A stretch of DNA of 40,092 bases from a virus (taxonomy: Duplodnaviria; Caudoviricetes), in IMG/VR virus record IMGVR_UViG_3300044262_000062, positions 1 through 40,092 of that record. One strand, 5' to 3'. The notes under the pieces are model-generated. The model was not told where the DNA came from and made no database searches. It saw nothing but the letters and a program-made list of their open reading frames with translations. Each line of letters opens with the position of its first letter. Position 1 is the stretch's first letter. The position numbers were made by a program, and so were the translations under genes. Shown here in pieces: positions 8,057 to 16,441 of the stretch.

Positions 8057-9676
8057 ATGTTCCTGAGCCGGCCGCTTGCTGCGGCGCACCTCGACCCGAA
8101 CAACGACGCGCTGTTCACCGGTTACGGCGGCTATGTCTCGGCATCCGGCCAGACGGTTTCCCCGGAAACCGCCTTGCGCCTTACAGTGGTGTTCGCTTGC
8201 GTGCGCACGATCGCCGAGGCCATCGGCCAGTTGCCGTTGCACGTGTACCGCCGGCAGGGCCGCGGCAAGCAGGTCGCGACCGATCACCCGCTGTATCGGC
8301 TGTTGCACCGCCGGCCGAACCACTGGCAAACGAGCGCAGAGTGGCGCGAGACGATGGCCGCGCACCTGGTGCTGCGGGGCAACGCCTACAACGAAATCAA
8401 GGCATCGCCGTCCGGATTGGTGGAGGCCCTGGAGCCGCTTAACCCGGACGAGATTCAGCCACGGGTCGACCGCACCCGGGGCATCATCCAGTATGCCCAC
8501 AAGCGGCCGGACGGCACCGAGCGCGTGCTCACCGCCGGCCAGGTGCTGCATCTGCGCGGTATGTCGTCAAACGGGTTCACAGGTCTGAGCCCCATCGAAC
8601 AGGAGCGCGAGGCGCTGGGCTATGCCCTCGCGGCGCAGGATTACGGCGCCCGGTTCTACCGCAACGGCGCCACCATGCCGGGCTGGCTCGAGCACCCCAG
8701 CAATTTCAAGACCCCGGAGGACAAGGAACGGTTTCGCAACGGCTGGCGCGAGGCCACGGTGGGCAGCAACCGCTTCACCACGCCGGTGCTCGAGTGGGGC
8801 ATCAAGTACCACGAGCTCGGCCTCAAGCACACCGACATGCAATACCTGGAGACACGCAAGTACAGCGACGTGGACATCGCGCGTATTTTCCGTGTGCCGC
8901 CGCACATGGTCGGCATCCTCGACCGCGCGACCTGGGCGAACATCGAGCAGCAGGCGATCGAGTTTGTTACGCACACGCTGATGCCGTGGCTGGTCAAGAT
9001 TGAGCAGGCGCTCGAACGCGACCTGCTGTACAAGCTGGACGACACCAGCCGGGTTGTGGACGACAGCGAGCATTTCATCAAGTTCAGCCCGGAAGGTCTG
9101 CTGCGCGGCGACGCGAAGACCCGCGCGCAGTTCTACGGCTACGGCATCAAGGACGGCTGGCTCACGCGCAACGAAGCGCGCGAACTCGAGGACCGCGACC
9201 CGCTCGACGGCCTCGATGAACCGCTCGAACCGCTCAACATGGCCCGCAGCGGCGATCGCGACTGGGATGACGGCGACTCGGGAAAGCCGAAAAACGGCGG
9301 GCAAGGTGACGATCGTGAGGCGCGGCTCGCGATGGCCGCCGCGCAGCGGGTGGTGCACAAGGAATGCATCGCCTTGCGCCGCGCCTACGACCGGGCAAAG
9401 ACCCGCGGCGAGAATGGCCCGTCGGAATTTGCGGCCGCCGCCGAACAGTTTTTCGCCGCGCACGAGGCATTCGTCGCCGGCACCCTGGCGCTGAGCCCGG
9501 CCGCAGCTGGACGTTACGTGGCGTCGTCGCTGGCCGAACTGCGCGCGGCACTGGAAACCGAACAGCACGACAACCAGCCCGTCATTGCCAACCTTCTCGC
9601 CGAATGGGAAACCAGCAAGGCGCAATGGCTGGCACATATCGAGGACGACCATGAAGCACGCCCTGCTGATCGCTGA
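8057..9676 (+). CDS. Portal protein (HK97 family) with C-terminal extension
   Basis: VFACVRTIAEAIGQLPL, LRGNAY, GLSPI, IARIFRVPPHMVG, TRNEARELED. Confidence 0.95.
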   Translation: MFLSRPLAAAHLDPNNDALFTGYGGYVSASGQTVSPETALRLTVVFACVRTIAEAIGQLPLHVYRRQGRGKQVATDHPLYRLLHRRPNHWQTSAEWRETMAAHLVLRGNAYNEIKASPSGLVEALEPLNPDEIQPRVDRTRGIIQYAHKRPDGTERVLTAGQVLHLRGMSSNGFTGLSPIEQEREALGYALAAQDYGARFYRNGATMPGWLEHPSNFKTPEDKERFRNGWREATVGSNRFTTPVLEWGIKYHELGLKHTDMQYLETRKYSDVDIARIFRVPPHMVGILDRATWANIEQQAIEFVTHTLMPWLVKIEQALERDLLYKLDDTSRVVDDSEHFIKFSPEGLLRGDAKTRAQFYGYGIKDGWLTRNEARELEDRDPLDGLDEPLEPLNMARSGDRDWDDGDSGKPKNGGQGDDREARLAMAAAQRVVHKECIALRRAYDRAKTRGENGPSEFAAAAEQFFAAHEAFVAGTLALSPAAAGRYVASSLAELRAALETEQHDNQPVIANLLAEWETSKAQWLAHIEDDHEARPADR

Positions 9677-10568
9677 ATTCCTGTCAACGCCCTGGGCGCT
9701 GTTGCCCGAGCGCCTTGCGGCCATCACCGGCGTCATCCACCGTTGGGTGGACGGCGTGCGATTCTCGGAATCCGAGATTCAGGCGGTGGTCGGCAATGCC
9801 CCGCAGGCGACGGCGGAGCGCCGCGCAGCGGACGCCGCTCGCCCGGCCGCGGTGGCGGTGTTGCCGCTCTTCGGCGTGGTGTCGCACCGGATCCACCAGG
9901 TGCAAAACATCTCCGGCCCGGGCGGCACCTCCACCGAAGGGTTTTCGCGCCGTTTCCGCCAGGCGCTCGAAGACCCGGCCGTGGGTGCCATCGTGATCGA
10001 CGTGGATTCCCCTGGCGGCAGCGTGTACGGCGTTGCCGAGCTGGCCGCGCAGATCTACGAGGCGCGCGGTAAAAAGAAGGTGGTGGCGGTGGCCAACTCG
10101 CTCGCCGCCAGCGCCGCCTACTGGATCGCCGCCGCCGCCGAGGAACTGGTGATCACGCCGGCCGGCGAGGTGGGCTCCATCGGCGTCTACACGGCGCACG
10201 AGGACTGGTCCAAGGCCCTGGAGCTTAAGGGCATCAAGCCATCGCTGATCAGCGCCGGCAAGTACAAGACCGAGGGCAACCCCTACGAGCCGTTGGCCGA
10301 TGAGGCCCGTGCCGCCATCCAGAAGCGTGTGGACGAGTACTACGACATGTTCACCAAGGCGGTGGCCAAGTATCGCGGCGCCACACCGTCGGACGTGCGC
10401 GAAGGTTACGGCCAGGGCCGCGTCGTCGGGGCCAAAGAAGCGCTGGCGCTCAACATGGCCGACCGCATCGAAACGCTCGACGACACCCTGGCCCGGCTCG
10501 CGAGCAGCAAGCGCGCCCAGTCGCCGCGCCGCGCGGCAGCCGAAACCGCCCTGCAGGAAGTTCTTTAG
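9651..10568 (+). CDS. Prohead protease, S49/SppA-like
   Basis: GAGGA SD; IDVDSPGGSV, AASAAYWIA, VGSIGV, AGKYKTEGNP. Confidence 0.9.
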   Translation: MKHALLIAEFLSTPWALLPERLAAITGVIHRWVDGVRFSESEIQAVVGNAPQATAERRAADAARPAAVAVLPLFGVVSHRIHQVQNISGPGGTSTEGFSRRFRQALEDPAVGAIVIDVDSPGGSVYGVAELAAQIYEARGKKKVVAVANSLAASAAYWIAAAAEELVITPAGEVGSIGVYTAHEDWSKALELKGIKPSLISAGKYKTEGNPYEPLADEARAAIQKRVDEYYDMFTKAVAKYRGATPSDVREGYGQGRVVGAKEALALNMADRIETLDDTLARLASSKRAQSPRRAAAETALQEVL

Positions 10569-10641
10569 GCGCTGACAGACGCCTGTCGCCGGGACGCCGA
10601 TGCGATCCCGGCGCCGGTCCGATGACCGGATGCTGTCGACA

Positions 10642-10674
10642 CCGAACCCGCCGCGTGCGGGTTTTTCCATTTTC
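10642..10674 (+). promoter_or_regulatory. Stem-loop + T tract upstream of major capsid RBS
   Basis: AACCCGC-CGCGT-GCGGGTT-TTT; near-identical element at 14761-14793. Confidence 0.55.
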
Positions 10675-10692
10675 GATCCAGGAGATACAGAC

Positions 10693-11970
10693 ATGAACAA
10701 AACCCTTCGCGCCCTCCTGCAAAAGAAGGAGGCGCTCGTCAAGGAAGCCCGCGCCATCACCGCAGCTGCCGAGGCCGCCGGCCGCGAGCTGACCGACGAG
10801 GAATCCGCCAAGCACGCCGATCTCATCGGCAAGCTGCAGGGCGTCAACACCCGCATCACCGAGGAGCAGGCGCTGGTCGAGGCCGAGCGCGCCCTCCAGA
10901 TTCCGGAGGACGCGTCGATCACCGGCGGCGCGCCGCGCATCGAGCAGGATCCGAAGCGCGGGTTCAAGAGTTTCGGTGAATTCGCCGCCGCCGTGGCGGC
11001 TGTGCCGACCAACCATGTGATGGATGACCGCCTCAAGATCGGCGCGGCGGCACCCAGCACCTACAGTGGCGAAGGCACCGGCGCCGACGGTGGTTTCCTG
11101 GTTCCGCCCGATTACGGCCGCGAGATCTGGAGCCTGTCGCTCGAGGAGGACGCCTTCCTCCCGCTGACCGACAGCATGCCGATCAGCGGCAACTCCATGA
11201 CGTTCCCGTCCGACGAGACCACGCCCTGGGGAACGGACGGCGTGCGCGCGTACTGGGAAGGCGAGGCCGAGGCAGCAAACGCCACCAAGCTCAAGCTGAA
11301 CCCGAATACCATGCGCCTCAAGAAGCTGATGGCGCTGGTGCCGGTGACCGACGAGCTGCTCGCCGATGCACCGGCGGTATCGGCCTATCTCATGCGCAAG
11401 GTCGGCGAGTCGATCCGCTACAAGACCAACGACGCCATCATCAATGGCAACGGCGTCGGCAAGCCGCTCGGCATCGCCGCCGCCGCCGCGCTGGTGAGCC
11501 AGGCGAAGGAGGGCAGCCAGACCGCCGACACCATCAACGCCGCCAACATCAGCAAGATGTTCCCGCGCGTGCTGCGCCCGGGCCGCAGCACCTGGCTGAT
11601 CAATCCGGATGCGTGGAGCCAGCTGCCGCAGATGACGATCGGCGATCAGCCGGTGTTCATCATGCCGAACGGGCTGCAATCGGCGCCCGGCGGCTTCCTG
11701 ATGGGTCGCCCGGTGATCATGACCGACACCTGCCAGACGCTCGGTAACCTGGGCGACCTCTATCTGGTGGATTTCGGCATGTACCGCACGCTGACCAAGC
11801 AGGGCGGCATCGAGACCGCGACGTCAATGCATCTGTATTTCGACGCGGCGGCCACCGCCTTCCGGGCCATCTTCCGGATCGACGGCCAGCCGGTGCTCAA
11901 GTCCGCCGTCACACCGCCCAACAGCGCCATCACCCGGTCCGGGTACGTGGCGCTGGCGGAACGCGCCTAA
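10693..11970 (+). CDS. Major capsid protein (HK97 fold, N-terminal coiled-coil delta domain)
   Basis: AGGAG SD; DGGFLVP, WEGE, VPVTDELLAD, INGNGVGKPLGI, LMGRPV, FRIDGQP. Confidence 0.95.
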   Translation: MNKTLRALLQKKEALVKEARAITAAAEAAGRELTDEESAKHADLIGKLQGVNTRITEEQALVEAERALQIPEDASITGGAPRIEQDPKRGFKSFGEFAAAVAAVPTNHVMDDRLKIGAAAPSTYSGEGTGADGGFLVPPDYGREIWSLSLEEDAFLPLTDSMPISGNSMTFPSDETTPWGTDGVRAYWEGEAEAANATKLKLNPNTMRLKKLMALVPVTDELLADAPAVSAYLMRKVGESIRYKTNDAIINGNGVGKPLGIAAAAALVSQAKEGSQTADTINAANISKMFPRVLRPGRSTWLINPDAWSQLPQMTIGDQPVFIMPNGLQSAPGGFLMGRPVIMTDTCQTLGNLGDLYLVDFGMYRTLTKQGGIETATSMHLYFDAAATAFRAIFRIDGQPVLKSAVTPPNSAITRSGYVALAERA

Positions 11971-11979
11971 GCGTAACGA

Positions 11980-12010
11980 GGCCGGGGCTTCGCCCCGGCC
12001 GTCCTTTCCT
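11980..12010 (+). terminator. GC hairpin after capsid gene
   Basis: GGCCGGGGC-TTC-GCCCCGGCC followed by weak pyrimidine tract. Confidence 0.5.
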
Positions 12011-12033
12011 CTCAAGATTTCAGGAGAACACCC

Positions 12034-12486
12034 ATGCAACTCAACGCACTCGCCAGCGAGCTGGCGGCGGTCGTCGGCAATATCGACCCGGATGCCTACG
12101 CGGCCAGCACGGTCACCACCGGCTGGATCGACGCATCGAAATTCCAGCAGTATCTGGCCATCGTTCAGGCCGGTGACCTGGGCGCCAGCGCCACGCTGGA
12201 TGCCAAGCTGGAACAGGCCACCGATGCCAGCGGCACCGGCGCCAAGGACGTGACCGGCAAGGCCATCACCCAGCTCACGCAAGCCGGCACCGACAGCAAC
12301 AAGCAGGTGGTCATCAACCTCACCCCCTCGCAGCATCTCGACATCGACAACGGATTCGATCACTTCCGCCTGTCGATGACCGTGGCCGTGGCGGCTTCCG
12401 ACGCCGGCGGCATCGTGCTCGGGCTCAATGCCCGCCAGGGCATCGCGAGCGACAGCGACGCCACTACGGTCGACGAGATCAAGTAA
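12034..12486 (+). CDS. Virion structural protein (capsid decoration-like)
   Basis: AGGAG SD; Ala/Thr/Gly beta-rich 150 aa directly after the capsid gene. Confidence 0.65.
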   Translation: MQLNALASELAAVVGNIDPDAYAASTVTTGWIDASKFQQYLAIVQAGDLGASATLDAKLEQATDASGTGAKDVTGKAITQLTQAGTDSNKQVVINLTPSQHLDIDNGFDHFRLSMTVAVAASDAGGIVLGLNARQGIASDSDATTVDEIK

Positions 12487-12553
12487 CCGGGCATCCCAGG
12501 TGGTTGGTGTTCAGGCGGCCAGCGATGGCCGCCTGTCTTTTCGGAGGTGAACG

Positions 12554-12787
12554 ATGTCAACCCTGCGTATCCGCTTCGTGCGCGAGTATGAGGTGAAGGA
12601 CGAACTGCGCACCCGCTACAAGGTCGGGCAGCGACTGGAAATGCCAGAGGCCTCGGCGCAGCACTTCATCAGCCGCGGCGCTGCCGTGCCGGACGACGAA
12701 CCGTCCCGCACCGAGCCGCTGCCGCTCGAGACCGACACCGGCACGGACGACGAACCGTCCCGCAAGGACAAGAAGGCCAAGAAATAA
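12554..12787 (+). CDS. Small hypothetical head-region protein
   Basis: GGAGG SD; internal 21-bp direct repeat 12690-12710/12744-12764 (DDEPSR twice); Lys-rich end. Confidence 0.7.
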   Translation: MSTLRIRFVREYEVKDELRTRYKVGQRLEMPEASAQHFISRGAAVPDDEPSRTEPLPLETDTGTDDEPSRKDKKAKK

Positions 12788-12790
12788 CCC

Positions 12791-13372
12791 ATGTCGCTCG
12801 TCCTCGTTACGGCACCGACGACCGAACCGGCTACGCTCACCGAGGCCAAATCGCATCTGCGCGTAACGACGACAGACGAAGACACCTACATCACCTCGCT
12901 GATTACCGCGGCCCGCGGCATCGCCGAATCGTTCCTGAACCGCGCGCTGCTCGCACAGACATGGGATTGGCAGCTGGGCGGATTCCGGCCCTGCCTTGAA
13001 GTGCCGCACGCCCCGCTCTCGTCGGTGACCTACATCAAATACATCGACGGCACCGGCGTGCTGCAGACGCTGGCGGTGAGCGAGTACGAAGTGGTGGACG
13101 CGGGATCAACCAGCGGCCCGGGCCGGATCGTGCCGGCCTATGGCAAGAGCTGGCCGGCGGTGCGCGGGCTGCCGAATGACGTGACCGTGCGGTTTGTCGC
13201 TGGCTATGGCGCGTCGGCCGATACCGTGCCGGCCCCGATCAAGTGGGCGGTGCTGCTGATCCTGGCCGAGCTGTATGCCCGCCGCGAAAGCGCCCTGGTC
13301 GGTGCACCGATCGTCTCGGTGCCCTACAGCGCCGAGGCCCTGCTGCTGCCCTACGTGCTGCACGGATTCTGA
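12791..13372 (+). CDS. Head-tail connector (HK97 gp6-like)
   Basis: TLTEAKSHLRV...LITAAR...VPAPIKWAVLLILAELYARRE. Confidence 0.9.
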   Translation: MSLVLVTAPTTEPATLTEAKSHLRVTTTDEDTYITSLITAARGIAESFLNRALLAQTWDWQLGGFRPCLEVPHAPLSSVTYIKYIDGTGVLQTLAVSEYEVVDAGSTSGPGRIVPAYGKSWPAVRGLPNDVTVRFVAGYGASADTVPAPIKWAVLLILAELYARRESALVGAPIVSVPYSAEALLLPYVLHGF

Positions 13373-13373
13373 C

Positions 13374-13691
13374 ATGCGCGCCGGCGAGCTCGACCGCAAG
13401 ATCCGCCTGGAACGGCTCACCAGCACCCAGAACGACTACGGCGAGCCGGTGGAGAGCTGGGTGCTGATCGCTGAGGTGTGGGCGAGCCGGGCGGTGCTGT
13501 CGGGGCGGGAGATGTACGAGGGCGACCAGATCGCGGCCGAGGCGCTGTACCGGTTCCGGATGTACTACCGCACCGACCTCGACAACACCTGCCGCATTGT
13601 CTACGGCAGCCAGAACTACAACATCAAGGCGGTGTCCGAAATCGGCCGCCGCGAGGGGCTGGAAGTCGTGGCCCAGCTGATCAACCCATGA
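13374..13691 (+). CDS. Head closure/stopper protein (SPP1 gp16-like)
   Basis: MRAGELDRKIRLE...NDYGEPVESW...VWA. Confidence 0.88.
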   Translation: MRAGELDRKIRLERLTSTQNDYGEPVESWVLIAEVWASRAVLSGREMYEGDQIAAEALYRFRMYYRTDLDNTCRIVYGSQNYNIKAVSEIGRREGLEVVAQLINP

Positions 13692-14170
13692 CCGAACTCC
13701 TGCACGTCAAGGGCCTGCCCCAACTCGAAAAGACGCTCGGCCAGCTGCCGGCCAAGCTGGAGGCGAAGATTCTGCGCGGCGCACTGCGGGCCGGGGCCAA
13801 CGTGGTGCTGAACGAGGCGCGTTCGCGGGTGCCGGTGAAGTCCGGCCGGCTCGCCAAGACGCTGCGGGTGTCGACCGGCGTGCGTCGCGGCATCGTCACC
13901 GCGCGGGTGGTGGCCGGTGACCGCAAGCGCGGGGTGTTCTACGCGCACATGGTCGAGGGCGGCACCAAGCGCCACACCATCCGCGGCCGGCGCGGCCGTG
14001 GGCTGCGCATCGGTGGCATCGAGGGCCGCGTGATCGTCACCAACCGGGTGGAGCATCCCGGTGCCCGTGCCCGGCCTTTCATGCGCCCGGCGCTGGAATC
14101 CGCGAGTGCCGCGGCGCTCGAGGCGGTGGCGGCCTATATCCGCAAGCGCCTCGACCAGATCGTGAAATGA
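13688..14170 (+). CDS. HK97 gp10-like tail completion protein
   Basis: VKGLPQLEKTL...PVKSGRL...HMVEGGT...ARPFMRPA. Confidence 0.88.
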   Translation: MTELLHVKGLPQLEKTLGQLPAKLEAKILRGALRAGANVVLNEARSRVPVKSGRLAKTLRVSTGVRRGIVTARVVAGDRKRGVFYAHMVEGGTKRHTIRGRRGRGLRIGGIEGRVIVTNRVEHPGARARPFMRPALESASAAALEAVAAYIRKRLDQIVK

Positions 14171-14577
14171 AAGCCGAGAAGGTCGTGCATTCGGTGCTGT
14201 CCGCGCACGCCGGGGTGGTCGCGATCGTCGGCACACCGGCGCGCATCTACCCGGTGGTGATGCCGCAGGAGCCGACCTACCCCTGCATCACCTACCGGCG
14301 CGTCGCCTCGGAGCGGCTGCAAGGCGTGCAGTCCGACCCCGGCATGGCGCGGGTGCGGATTCAGGTCACCAGCTGGGCGGCGAAGTACGAGGATTTGAAG
14401 TCCCTCTCCGAACAGGTGCGCCTGGCGCTCGAGCGCCACGGCAGCGCGGTGACCGGCACGACCATCGCCGGCTATACGGTGTACGACATCTTCATGGGTT
14501 CGGAGGCCGACGCCTACGAGCCGGAACTCGATGTGTTCGCGCACGCCACGGACTTCACCGTGGTGCACGCCGAATAG
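14167..14577 (+). CDS. Tail terminator (DUF3168-like)
   Basis: RIYPVVMPQEPTYPCITY...RIQVTSWA; syntenic position. Confidence 0.8.
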   Translation: MKAEKVVHSVLSAHAGVVAIVGTPARIYPVVMPQEPTYPCITYRRVASERLQGVQSDPGMARVRIQVTSWAAKYEDLKSLSEQVRLALERHGSAVTGTTIAGYTVYDIFMGSEADAYEPELDVFAHATDFTVVHAE

Positions 14578-14585
14578 GAGGACGC

Positions 14586-14759
14586 ATGGTCAAGACCCGA
14601 ACCGCCACCGATCTGCCCGACGAACACGACGGCGAGGGCGGCAGCTACACCGTCGACCCCAAGACCGGCCGGCGCATCCTGGTGGAGCGCACCGCCCCGC
14701 CCGGCGCTGCCCCGCCCGGCCTCGACCCGCCCCCGGAAACCGAGGGCCCCGACCTCTAA
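14586..14759 (+). CDS. Small Pro-rich protein before tail tube (57 aa, not in ORF track)
   Basis: AGGAGG SD; MVKTRTATDLPDEHDGEGGSYTVDPKTGRRILVERT... Confidence 0.65.
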   Translation: MVKTRTATDLPDEHDGEGGSYTVDPKTGRRILVERTAPPGAAPPGLDPPPETEGPDL

Positions 14760-14760
14760 C

Positions 14761-14793
14761 CCGAACCCGCCGCCCGGCGGGTTTTTCATTTTC
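14761..14793 (+). promoter_or_regulatory. Stem-loop + T tract upstream of tail tube RBS
   Basis: AACCCGCC-GCCC-GGCGGGTT-TTT; second copy of the 10642-10674 element. Confidence 0.55.
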
Positions 14794-14804
14794 AGGAGCA
14801 CACC

Positions 14805-15728
14805 ATGTTCTTCTTGAAGAAAGCGATCCTCGCCAAGATCGAGACCGTTTACGGCACCGACCCCACCCCGGTCGGCGCGACCGACGCGGTGCTGTCCAAG
14901 GGCCTGTCGATCACGCCGTTCGAGGCCGAGATGCAGGAGCGCGAGGTGGTGCTTCCGTACTTCGGCAACCTCGGCCAGGTGCCGGGTACGGCCAAGGTGT
15001 CGGTGGAGTTCGAGGTGGAGCTCGCCGGCTCCGGCACCGCCGGCACCGCGCCGGCCTGGGGCCCGCTCATGCGTGCCTGCGGGTTCTCGCAAACGCTCAA
15101 CGTCGGCGTGGATGCCACCTACGCCCTCGTCTCGGCGTCGTTCGAGTCGGTCACGATCTACTTCCACCTCGACGGCGTGCTGCACAAGATCACCGGCTGC
15201 CGCGGCAATGTGAGCTTCGAGTTGAGCAACGAGGCCATTCCCATGGCCAAGTTCAGCTTCACCGGAATCTACAACGCCCCCACCGACACCGCGCTGCCCA
15301 CCCTCACGCTCACCGCCTGGCAGAAGCCGCTGCCGGTCAACAAGGTGAACACCACCTTCTCGCTCCACAGCTACGCCGCCATTCTCGCCAGCCTCAGCAT
15401 CGACCTCGGCAACGAGGTGGTGCACAAGGCCTACGTGAACACCACCGAGGAGGTGCGCATCACCAACCGCAAGGTGGCCGGCAGCCTGTCGATCGAGGCG
15501 GCGCTGCTCGCGACCAAGAACTGGTTCACCACCGTGGCCGCCGGCACCACCGGCGCGCTGGCGCTGGTGCACGGCACCGTCGGCGGCAACAAGATCCAGT
15601 TCGACGCCCCGGCCGTGCAGGTGGCCGCCCCCAAGTACGACGACGCCGACGGCATCGCCATGATGGGCATGGATCTCGTGTTCCAGTCCACCGCCGCCAA
15701 CAACCAGCTCACCCTCAAGGCACTGTAA
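14805..15728 (+). CDS. Major tail tube protein
   Basis: AGGAG SD; ILAKIETVYGTDPTP...GPLMRACG; strong codon bias; precedes chaperone and tape measure. Confidence 0.85.
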   Translation: MFFLKKAILAKIETVYGTDPTPVGATDAVLSKGLSITPFEAEMQEREVVLPYFGNLGQVPGTAKVSVEFEVELAGSGTAGTAPAWGPLMRACGFSQTLNVGVDATYALVSASFESVTIYFHLDGVLHKITGCRGNVSFELSNEAIPMAKFSFTGIYNAPTDTALPTLTLTAWQKPLPVNKVNTTFSLHSYAAILASLSIDLGNEVVHKAYVNTTEEVRITNRKVAGSLSIEAALLATKNWFTTVAAGTTGALALVHGTVGGNKIQFDAPAVQVAAPKYDDADGIAMMGMDLVFQSTAANNQLTLKAL

Positions 15729-15731
15729 GCC

Positions 15732-16076
15732 ATGGCCTTCATCCTCTCGCAGAAGGCCAGCTACACCTGGCCGGTGAAATACGACGCCCCGCGCGACGGC
15801 GGCAAGTACGACCGCCACGAGTTCATGGCCGAGTTCCGGCGCCTGCCGCAGTCGCGGCTCGACGAGATCCAGAAACAGGCCAAAGACAACGCCGTGAACG
15901 ACACCGAGTTCCTGGACGAGATCCTGCTCGGCTGGTCCGGCATCAAGGACGAGCAGGGCGAGGACGTGCCGTTCAACGAGGCCACTCGCCGCATCGTGCT
16001 GGACCTGCCCGGCATGCGCGCGGCGATCGTGCTGGCGTTCTTCGGTTCCCTGGAGGGCGCCCCCCGAAAAAACTAG
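15732..16076 (+). CDS. Tail assembly chaperone (gpG-like)
   Basis: LLGWSGIKDEQGEDVPFN; ends CGA AAA AAC TAG. Confidence 0.85.
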   Translation: MAFILSQKASYTWPVKYDAPRDGGKYDRHEFMAEFRRLPQSRLDEIQKQAKDNAVNDTEFLDEILLGWSGIKDEQGEDVPFNEATRRIVLDLPGMRAAIVLAFFGSLEGAPRKN

Positions 16077-16441
16077 AAGACGCCGCGCGCCACTGGGCAC
16101 GCGGCGACAGCCACGAGGCCGGCACGGTGGCCGCCGACCTCGAGGCCATGGGGGCGGCGCGCGAGGAGGTGGCGCGCTTCCTCGCCGACACCGAAACGGT
16201 GCGCACCTGCGAGGTCTGGCCGGAAAACTGGCCGGCGGTGTGCCTGTTCCTTGCTTGCACCACGCAGTGGCGCATCGAGAGCCGGCCCGACGGCAACCTG
16301 CCGATCGGCCTTGATTACGCTGCGGTGGAGGCGGTGATGCGCATCCATGAGGTTGCCGACCGCAAAACGGCGTTTACCCATCTCCAGATCATGGAGCTGG
16401 CGGCCCTGCAGGAATTCCGGCGAAAGGTGAAAAGACGATGA
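16067..16441 (+). CDS. gpGT-like extension (DUF1799-like) reached by -1 frameshift at A_AAA_AAC (16067-16073)
   Basis: XXXYYYZ heptamer before the stop; -1 frame encodes VWPENWPAVCLF...TQWR...GLDYAAV...MELAAL and overlaps the tape measure start. Confidence 0.82.
   Translation, partial: KKLEDAARHWARGDSHEAGTVAADLEAMGAAREEVARFLADTETVRTCEVWPENWPAVCLFLACTTQWRIESRPDGNLPIGLDYAAVEAVMRIHEVADRKTAFTHLQIMELAALQEFRRKVKRR

Noticed and set aside
12690-12764. 21-bp direct repeat CGGACGACGAACCGTCCCGCA as a recombination or insertion scar
   Set aside because: In-frame duplication (DDEPSR) within a low-complexity protein tail; no associated element.
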